Shown piece after piece: positions 57,490 to 64,000 of a DNA stretch of 64,000 nt (positions are counted from its first letter, which is position 1; every line of letters begins with the position of its first letter). The translations under genes and the position numbers were made by a program. The notes below the pieces were generated by a model. It did no database searches. It was not told where the DNA came from and worked only from the letters and a program-made list of their open reading frames with translations. This DNA comes from Candidatus Uhrbacteria bacterium (GTDB lineage Bacteria > Patescibacteriota > Patescibacteriia > UBA9934 > GWF2-40-263), in assembly GCA_037131775.1 (NCBI GenBank), contig JBAXQK010000002.1, positions 23,472 through 87,471 on the forward strand, in the 5' to 3' direction.

Positions 57490-57495
57490 AGATTT

Positions 57496-58128
57496 CTAAT
57501 TTCCCATTTCTAATTTATCAACGATCCTCTCCTGGACCTCCTCGACCGTGCCGACCCCGTCGACGCGGACCAGCACGCCCTTCTCCTCGAACCTCCCGAG
57601 CATCGGCGTGGTGTCGTTGTCGTAAATGTCGAGCCGGCGGCCGATGGCGGCCTCGGTGTCGTCGTCGCGCCGAACGAACGCTCCGCCGCACGCGCACGCG
57701 TCGCCTTCCTTTGCCCCGTCCTTCGTCGACGCGACCGCGCCGCAGCTCGAGCAAGTCAAGCGTCCGCCGAGACGATTCAACGATTCCTCGCGCGGAACCT
57801 CGATCACGATCACGTGCGTCGGCGCGTCGAACGTAAACGCCGCATACTGCTTCAAGTTGCGCGGATACCCGTCGAGGACATATCCGTTGATCGCGTCAGG
57901 ACGGGACAGACGCGCCTGGAGAACCTCCGCGGCGACTTCGTCGGACACCAGGTTCCCGGCCTTCAGAATCCCGTCGACCTTTAGCCCGACATCCGATCCC
58001 GCCGCGACTTCGTCACGCAGCAGCTGCCCCATCGCAAGTGCCGGAACGTTCAGCTTCTTCGACAAGATCTGCGCCTGCGTCCCTTTTCCGCTGCCCTGCG
58101 GGCCGAGAAGGATGATTTTATAGGTCAT
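57496..58128 (-). CDS. adk: adenylate kinase
   Basis: GPQGSGKGTQA, LDGYPR, Cys-containing LID, RRDDD. Confidence 0.96.
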   Translation of the reverse strand: MTYKIILLGPQGSGKGTQAQILSKKLNVPALAMGQLLRDEVAAGSDVGLKVDGILKAGNLVSDEVAAEVLQARLSRPDAINGYVLDGYPRNLKQYAAFTFDAPTHVIVIEVPREESLNRLGGRLTCSSCGAVASTKDGAKEGDACACGGAFVRRDDDTEAAIGRRLDIYDNDTTPMLGRFEEKGVLVRVDGVGTVEEVQERIVDKLEMGN

Positions 58129-58133
58129 ATGTT

Positions 58134-58688
58134 CTAAGTTTTTTGGGTGGTGGAATTTTTGGGTGGATTGAATCTGCCCAGCACAATGTAGTAAAAAATA
58201 CGTGCAAAAATCCTAAACAACAATATCCAGATAAGTGGAAGACCGAGAAATGCCAAACTAATATTCAACCAACGTGGTTGTGTAATGATTGATAAGTTGT
58301 AAAGTCTGTGCTTATCAAAACATTCTGAATCTGTTAACTCACTTGATAAGAGACAGTCTGTCATTAAACGCCTGGATTCTGTTTCATCTCTGAAAGAAAA
58401 GTTACAATGCGTAAGAATTGATGTATCGTCTACATGAAGTTGCCCATTATACAGCCTAGAGAATATCTCATCAGAAGAGATTTTAGCATCTACGAGTGTG
58501 GATGATTTTCCAGAACCGCAACGAATGGTTGAATCATCGTAATTAATGGCAAGTCCGTTTTGATGAATAATAAATAAATAATAGCTTGCCGCAATCACAA
58601 ACAATAACACACAAACACTAACAACCTTCAGCAGGCGAAACCACACGCGTGTGTTCAGTTCTTGAATGGAGTGAATTTTATTACTCAT
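58134..58688 (-). CDS. AT-rich hypothetical membrane protein (2 TM)
   Basis: WFRLLKV + TM, Cys-containing loop, second TM + RIFYYIVLG; composition visibly unlike the flanks. Confidence 0.75.
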   Translation of the reverse strand: MSNKIHSIQELNTRVWFRLLKVVSVCVLLFVIAASYYLFIIHQNGLAINYDDSTIRCGSGKSSTLVDAKISSDEIFSRLYNGQLHVDDTSILTHCNFSFRDETESRRLMTDCLLSSELTDSECFDKHRLYNLSIITQPRWLNISLAFLGLPLIWILLFRIFARIFYYIVLGRFNPPKNSTTQKT

Positions 58689-59020
58689 AGAGATGTCGCT
58701 TTATTTGCGGCAAATTCATCCACTCCCGTTTTAATTTCGATTAGTTCTTGATATCGAATGGGCGACGGTATGTAAAAATCAAGAATGGAACTATTCGTCA
58801 GTATTAACTCTATCACCTCACGATCGGTCAGATTTTCAAAAAGAATTACCCGTAGCGCAACTTTAATATCAGCCTTTTGCCAAGGAAGCTCGTCTTCAAA
58901 AAAATATAGTCCAGGACGCCTATTCTCAAGATACAAAGCAAAATCACCTACAACTTCCCACGCGGTTTTAGAATCTAGATTTTTTTTAAGATCGTCTGCG
59001 AGAGATTTTTGAAAACTCAT
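58685..59020 (-). CDS. AT-rich hypothetical protein
   Basis: Open ORF; its stop overlaps the start of the next gene by 4 nt. Confidence 0.65.
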   Translation of the reverse strand: MSFQKSLADDLKKNLDSKTAWEVVGDFALYLENRRPGLYFFEDELPWQKADIKVALRVILFENLTDREVIELILTNSSILDFYIPSPIRYQELIEIKTGVDEFAANKATSL

Positions 59021-59029
59021 ACGCAATAA

Positions 59030-59556
59030 TCACCACAGCTGGATACAAATACCCCTTGCTGCGGAGATACAATAAACACTTCTAAAGGAGTGGCGAATTT
59101 TAATTGTTTTATGCATCATCTCGTGAATGTTTGTATTTGTCCATGGGAAAATTCCAAAGTTGATCAGTAATTGTAAGGTTTTTTGAGTATCTATTGAATA
59201 CTCTTCTGCCTTATGTCCCAAAGCCTCTCTTATCCTTATGGCATCATTTTGTATTCTCAACGCTGGAAGATCGAAAGACTCTCCACGTTCATATTTTTTT
59301 AATTGGGCGAGTTGAAACATATTCCGGAATTCAGGCTCCTCAAATGGTGTATTCCGAACGGGAACAGCATAACAATTTGGACCATTAGATTATTTTCAAT
59401 TTCAGAATTCTTAATTTTAAAGAGAAGATCACACTCTGGTTCTAAATATTCTTGATCTTTAACTTCAAAAGAATACTTTGTGGAATTAATTTTATTGTAT
59501 GTAGAAACAAACAAATTGCCAATTTCCCTTAATTCATCACGGCTTGGTTCTGACAT
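59030..59556 (-). pseudogene. AT-rich gene probably split by a 1-nt frameshift near 59370 (ORFs 59299-59556 and 59030-59320)
   Basis: The downstream frame is open back to ~59390; joining gives ...ECDLLFK...MVQIV(x)AVPVRNTPFEEPEFRNMFQL...; own TG-TATAAT promoter at 59568-59576. Confidence 0.5.
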
Positions 59557-59662
59557 ATTTCCCGCTCATTATACCAGAAGACGAGGACTCTCGCCCCCGT
59601 CTTTGTAGCAATCCGTAGTATTTGTAGTTTAGCGGCCAATTCGTAGTTTCGTATCCCTGTCT

Positions 59663-60937
59663 CTACATGTCGTACTCGTGCATGCTCATCTGCGCCTCCA
59701 TCTGCTTCATCGTCTCAATGACCACGTTCACCACGATCAGGACGGACGTTCCGCCGATCACGAGGGAGGCGTTGCCGGTCACCTGCTGGGCGACGAGCGG
59801 GAGGATGGCGATCATGGAGAGGAAGACGGCTCCCACGAGCAGGACGCGGTTGGTGACCCAGGCGATGTACTCGGCCGTAGGCTTGCCCGGACGGATGCCC
59901 GGGATGAAGCCGCTCTGCTTCTGGAGGTTTTCCGCCACGCGGTCCGGGTGGAAAATGACCGACGTATAGAAGTACGTGAAAGCGAACACCAGGCCGAAGT
60001 AGATGATGCCGTACACCAGCTGGTTCTGGAACACTTGGAGCACCCACTGCGCGGCGGTGCGCAGGGCCTCGGTTCGGGCGTTCAGGAAGAACTGGGCGAT
60101 GACGCGCGGGAAAAGGATAATGCTGATCGCGAAGATGATCGGGATCACGCCGGCGATGTTGAGCTTGATGGGGAGGTTGGACGGCACGGCTCCGGAGAGA
60201 CGCGTTCCGCGGGTCTGTCGGGCGTACTGCACCGGGATGTTGCGCTGCGCCTCGTGCATGACAACGACGGCGCCGAGCGTCACCACGACGAGGATGGCGA
60301 AAATGATCGCGGTGATCATCTGGGATCCGTCATAGAGCGCGAGCGACTGGCCGAAGTAGTTCGGAAGGCCGGCGATGATTCCGGCGAAAATCAGGATGGA
60401 CGTTCCATTGCCGAGGTTCTTCTCCGAGATGAGCTCTCCCATCCACATGAGGAAGATCGTTCCGGCCGTAAGCGTTCCCATTACGAGGACCGTGGTGAAC
60501 AGGTCGGCGGTTCCGGCCGTGAACAGCTTGGCGCCGGACTGCTGGTTGAACAGGAGCACGAGGCCGTATCCCTGCAGGAGGGCGAGCGGAACCGTGAGCA
60601 CGCGCGACCACTGGTTGATCCGCTGGCGTCCCTGCTCTTCCTTCTGCATCTCCTCAAGCTTCGGGATGATCATCCCGAGCAGCTGGAAGATAATGGAAGA
60701 CGTGATGAACGGCGCGAGGCCGAGCGCCACGATGGAGAAGTGCTGGAGCGTGCCGCCCGAGAAGATGTTCAGGAGGCCGAAAAACTGGTTGCCTTGAAAG
60801 TAATTCACGAGCGCGCTTGGGTCCACGCCCGGAACCGGGATGTGGGCCGCGACGCGGAAAATGACGAGCATCGCGAAGATGAACAACAGGCTGTTACGAA
60901 CCTCTTTGGTCTTCCAAACGCGCGTGAATGAAAACAT
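59663..60937 (-). CDS. secY: preprotein translocase SecY
   Basis: HIPVPG, SIVALGLAPFITSSII, LGNGTSILIFAGI, AGVIPIIFA, FIPGIRPG, GGTSVLIVV. Confidence 0.98.
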   Translation of the reverse strand: MFSFTRVWKTKEVRNSLLFIFAMLVIFRVAAHIPVPGVDPSALVNYFQGNQFFGLLNIFSGGTLQHFSIVALGLAPFITSSIIFQLLGMIIPKLEEMQKEEQGRQRINQWSRVLTVPLALLQGYGLVLLFNQQSGAKLFTAGTADLFTTVLVMGTLTAGTIFLMWMGELISEKNLGNGTSILIFAGIIAGLPNYFGQSLALYDGSQMITAIIFAILVVVTLGAVVVMHEAQRNIPVQYARQTRGTRLSGAVPSNLPIKLNIAGVIPIIFAISIILFPRVIAQFFLNARTEALRTAAQWVLQVFQNQLVYGIIYFGLVFAFTYFYTSVIFHPDRVAENLQKQSGFIPGIRPGKPTAEYIAWVTNRVLLVGAVFLSMIAILPLVAQQVTGNASLVIGGTSVLIVVNVVIETMKQMEAQMSMHEYDM

Positions 60938-60944
60938 ATTTGGT

Positions 60945-61379
60945 TTACAGGATGGAACCGCCGGCCTTCTCGATCTTTTCCTTCGCGGTCGCGGAGACCA
61001 TGCACCCCTCGACGACCAGCTTGATCGCGATAGCGCCGTCGCCGAGCAGCTTCACCTTGCCCTTGGCCGGAACGAGTCCCTTCTCAAGCAGCATGGCCGG
61101 GTTGACCTTGGCGCCGTCGGGGAAGTTCTTGGCGAGCATCGCCACGTTGACGACCATCGGCTTCTCGTGAATGCTCTTGAACCCGCGGTTCTTCTTGGTG
61201 GAAAGCATGATGTGGCGCAATCCCTTGAGCTGGAGGCCGGAGCGACCACCAGAGCGGGCGCGCTGACCCTTCACGCCGCGGCCCGAATAGGAACCGCCTT
61301 TGGAAAGGCCGCGACCGACGCGCTTGGCCGCCTTGCGCGCGCCTTTGGCCGGACGAATTGTGTTGAGGGTAAACGCCAT
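60945..61379 (-). CDS. rplO: 50S ribosomal protein L15
   Basis: KRVGRG..GSYSGRGVKGQRARSG, KLLGDG, AKEKIEKAGG. Confidence 0.96.
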   Translation of the reverse strand: MAFTLNTIRPAKGARKAAKRVGRGLSKGGSYSGRGVKGQRARSGGRSGLQLKGLRHIMLSTKKNRGFKSIHEKPMVVNVAMLAKNFPDGAKVNPAMLLEKGLVPAKGKVKLLGDGAIAIKLVVEGCMVSATAKEKIEKAGGSIL

Positions 61380-61384
61380 AGGGG

Positions 61385-61942
61385 TTATGCGGCCTTGGCT
61401 TCCGCCACGACCGGTTTCTTCGGAAGGCGAAGCTGCTTGATCGCTTCGAACGTGGCCTTCGCGATGTTGATTTTGTTGGAAGAGTTCAGAATCTTGGAGG
61501 AGGCGTTCGGAACGCCGGCGAACTCGAGCACCATGCGGACCGCTCCGCCGCACTTGAGACCGGTACCGCTCGGGGCCGGCTTCAGGAGAACCATGGCCGA
61601 ACCGAACTTCACCTGGATCGGATGCGGGATCGTCGCGTGGGTCATCGGAACGCGGATCACGTTCTTCTTGGCCTGGCGGTAGGCCTTGTCGATGGCAATC
61701 TGCACGTCGACACCCTTGGAAACGCCAAGTCCGACGCGGCCCTTCTTGTCACCGATGACGAGGGTGCAGCGAAACGACATGCGCTTTCCTCCGGCCGTGA
61801 CGCGCGTCACGCGGGAAAGGTCGAGGATCTTCTGCTCGAACTCCTTCGGCTCGGCATGACGGCCACCGCCTCCGGCTCGCGGCGGTCGGGCGCCTGGCGC
61901 GGCTCCGGTCCGGCCGCTCGGTTTTTTCTTTTGTTCTTCCAT
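61385..61942 (-). CDS. rpsE: 30S ribosomal protein S5
   Basis: RVTRVTAGGKRMSF, VIGDKKGRVGLG, LKPAPSGTG. Confidence 0.97.
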   Translation of the reverse strand: MEEQKKKPSGRTGAAPGARPPRAGGGGRHAEPKEFEQKILDLSRVTRVTAGGKRMSFRCTLVIGDKKGRVGLGVSKGVDVQIAIDKAYRQAKKNVIRVPMTHATIPHPIQVKFGSAMVLLKPAPSGTGLKCGGAVRMVLEFAGVPNASSKILNSSNKINIAKATFEAIKQLRLPKKPVVAEAKAA

Positions 61943-61948
61943 AGGAGG

Positions 61949-62305
61949 TTAAAAGATGAGTCCGCCCTCGCGCGCACCGTCGGCAAGCGCCGCGACGCGT
62001 CCGGTGTAGCGGTTCGAACCGCGGTCAAACACGACCAGGTCGATTCCGGCGGCCTTCGCCTTCTCGGCAAGCTTCGCGCCGACCGCCTTGGCGATCTCCA
62101 CGGGCTTGGCCTTCTCGGCCACGTCCTTGTCGGACGCGCTCGCGAGGGTGACGCCCGCGTTGTCGTCGATGAGCTGGCAGCGGATGTGCTTCAGGCTGCG
62201 ATGGACGCTCAGACGCGGGCACTCCTTCGTGCCGTGCATGCGCGCGCGCACGCGTTTGGCACGACGCACCGCTCGTTCCTTTTTTGCTTTGATCGTGTTT
62301 GGCAT
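61949..62305 (-). CDS. rplR: 50S ribosomal protein L18
   Basis: [28 protein letters not shown]. Confidence 0.97.
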   Translation of the reverse strand: MPNTIKAKKERAVRRAKRVRARMHGTKECPRLSVHRSLKHIRCQLIDDNAGVTLASASDKDVAEKAKPVEIAKAVGAKLAEKAKAAGIDLVVFDRGSNRYTGRVAALADGAREGGLIF

Positions 62306-62310
62306 ATGTT

Positions 62311-62868
62311 CTATGCGCTCGCCTTCGCGGCCTTACCGGCCTTGCGGCGAATCACTTCGTCGATGTACTTGATACCCTTGCCCTTGTACGGTTCCGGCGG
62401 GCGAAGCTTACGGATGCGGGCGGCGGTGAGTCCGACCTCCTCGCGGTCGTTACCGGTCAGGGTCAGGACGTTCTTCTCGGCAACGGCGCTGACGCCTTCC
62501 GGAAGCTCGAAGTTTACGTCGTGGGAGAACCCGAGGTTCATTACGACTTTCTTCCCCTGGACGCTCACGCGGAACCCGACGCCGTTGATCTCGAGCACCT
62601 TCTTGAACCCCTCGGTCACGCCCGTCACCATATTGGCGATGTTGGCGCGCGCGGTTCCCCACTGGGCGCGGTCTGCCACGAGCTCCGGGTCGGCCACCGT
62701 GACGAGAATGCCCTTTCCGCCCTCGATGTCGGAGACGGTGGCGGTCACGTGCGCGTTGAGCGAGCGGACCAGGGTCCCTTTCGGTCCGGTGACGGTCACC
62801 GTTTGCCCGTCGATGACGACGTCAACCTTCGCGGGAATAAGGATCGGTTTTTTGCCAATGCGGGACAT
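62311..62868 (-). CDS. rplF: 50S ribosomal protein L6
   Basis: [29 protein letters not shown]. Confidence 0.98.
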   Translation of the reverse strand: MSRIGKKPILIPAKVDVVIDGQTVTVTGPKGTLVRSLNAHVTATVSDIEGGKGILVTVADPELVADRAQWGTARANIANMVTGVTEGFKKVLEINGVGFRVSVQGKKVVMNLGFSHDVNFELPEGVSAVAEKNVLTLTGNDREEVGLTAARIRKLRPPEPYKGKGIKYIDEVIRRKAGKAAKASA

Positions 62869-62871
62869 ATG

Positions 62872-63267
62872 TTAAAACACTTCGCAAATAACCTCTCCGC
62901 CGAGTTTGCGGGAGCGGGCCTCCTTGTTGGTCATCAGGCCGTTGGACGTGGAGATGATGGCGATGCCCATGTCGGACATGACGCGCGGCATCTCGTCGCA
63001 CTTGGCGTAGACGCGGTGGCCCGGCGTGCTCACGCGGTGCACCTCCGTGATGGAGGCGGCGCCGTCGCGGTACGTCAAACCGACGCGCAGCGCCGGGTGC
63101 GAGCCCTCGGGCGTTCGCTTTTCGATGCCGTTCACGAACCCTTCCTTCTCGAGGATCTTGGCAATCGCGAACTTGACGTTCGAGTATGGCAAGACAACCT
63201 CGCGCTTCTTTACTTTGAAGGCGTTGCGCAAACGGGTCAGCATGTCTGAGATCGGGTCGGTCATCAT
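62872..63267 (-). CDS. rpsH: 30S ribosomal protein S8
   Basis: TDPISDMLTRLRNA, ISTSNGLMT, GGEVIC. Confidence 0.97.
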   Translation of the reverse strand: MMTDPISDMLTRLRNAFKVKKREVVLPYSNVKFAIAKILEKEGFVNGIEKRTPEGSHPALRVGLTYRDGAASITEVHRVSTPGHRVYAKCDEMPRVMSDMGIAIISTSNGLMTNKEARSRKLGGEVICEVF

Positions 63268-63268
63268 A

Positions 63269-63454
63269 TTACCAGCTTGCTTTTACGATTCCGGGGATCT
63301 CTCCTCGGTTAGCCAATTCACGGAAACAGATGCGGCAAAGTTCAAACGCGCGCATGAACCCGTGCCGGCGTCCACACTTCCAGCAGCGATTCACCTTGCG
63401 GGTCGAGTACTTTGGTTTCCGCTTCGATTTTGCGATCTGATTCTCCGTTGCCAT
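63269..63454 (-). CDS. rpsN: 30S ribosomal protein S14 (Zn-binding type Z)
   Basis: RCWKCGR...[18 protein letters not shown]; 61 aa. Confidence 0.96.
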   Translation of the reverse strand: MATENQIAKSKRKPKYSTRKVNRCWKCGRRHGFMRAFELCRICFRELANRGEIPGIVKASW

Positions 63455-63459
63455 ATGGC

Positions 63460-64000
63460 TTACGTGCGAGCTTTACCTTTTTTATCAACGTCCTGGACGG
63501 CGAACGGAAAGCCGAGATGCGTGAGAAGGGACTTTCCCTCGGCGGCCTTCGTGGTGCTCATCGAAATGGTCACCTGCAGGCCGTGGATCACCTCGATCTC
63601 ATCGGTGTGGATTTCCGGGAACGCGGTGTGCTCCGGGAATCCGAGGGTGTAGCTGCCCATCGCGTCGAATCCGGTCGGCGGAATGCCGCGGAAGTCGCGG
63701 ATGCGCGGAATGGAAACCTTTACGAGCTTCTCGAGGAAGTCCCACATGCGCTTTCCGCGCATGGTCACCTTCATTCCCACCACCATGCCCTCGCGAATCT
63801 TGAAGGCCGCGATGGACTTGCTCGCCTTGGTCTTGACCGGGAGCTGTCCGGAGATGCGCTTGAACGTGTTCTCGGCGGTCTCGAGGAACTTGGCGTCCTT
63901 GAGGCCCTTTCCAAGGCCGATGTTCAACGTCACCTTCAGCACCTTCGGTACCTGGTTGGGGTTCTTGTACCCGAACTCGGACATGAGCGCTGGGACGACG
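63460..64000 (-). CDS. rplE: 50S ribosomal protein L5 (5' end beyond the window)
   Basis: [29 protein letters not shown]; frame open to the window edge. Confidence 0.96.
   Translation of the reverse strand, partial: VVPALMSEFGYKNPNQVPKVLKVTLNIGLGKGLKDAKFLETAENTFKRISGQLPVKTKASKSIAAFKIREGMVVGMKVTMRGKRMWDFLEKLVKVSIPRIRDFRGIPPTGFDAMGSYTLGFPEHTAFPEIHTDEIEVIHGLQVTISMSTTKAAEGKSLLTHLGFPFAVQDVDKKGKART

Overview
GC-rich bacterial chromosome segment read with genetic code 11, very probably Patescibacteria/CPR. Supporting signs: rpmD/L30 is missing between rpsE and rplO, AspRS is short and lacks the GAD domain, the RSH enzyme is C-terminally truncated, and there are pilin-anchored giant Cys-rich proteins. 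An ABY1/Uhrbacteria-like placement is inference only. Most of the window is housekeeping: a MacAB-type ABC system, ABC-F, pyk, htrA, nrdR, ftsZ/ftsA, hisS, lepB, LCP, der, pth, dprA, topA, RSH, parAB, scpAB, aspS, asnS, recO, ruvX, map, adk, the end of the spc operon and 5 tRNAs. Non-routine content: (1) a ~15.7 kb surface-structure locus with a YqeY-pilin fusion, a pilin+Ig protein, a 3462-aa protein (VirB2/TrbC-like pilin N-terminus, internal type IV-pilin-like head, C-terminal vWA) and three TSP3-repeat membrane proteins; (2) two diverged, inverted copies of a ~230-nt structured non-coding element with compensatory base changes, flanking a REP copy at 47.1-47.7 kb; (3) a 48-nt REP-like palindrome in 4 copies, one in-frame in a gene; (4) several families of degenerate 7-9-mer tandem/inverted microrepeats, some inside coding sequences; (5) a cassette-like array of orphan genes between dprA and topA, two of which share RBS and stop-terminator modules; (6) an AT-rich island between secY and adk. 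All calls come from reading the sequence by eye; no searches were run.
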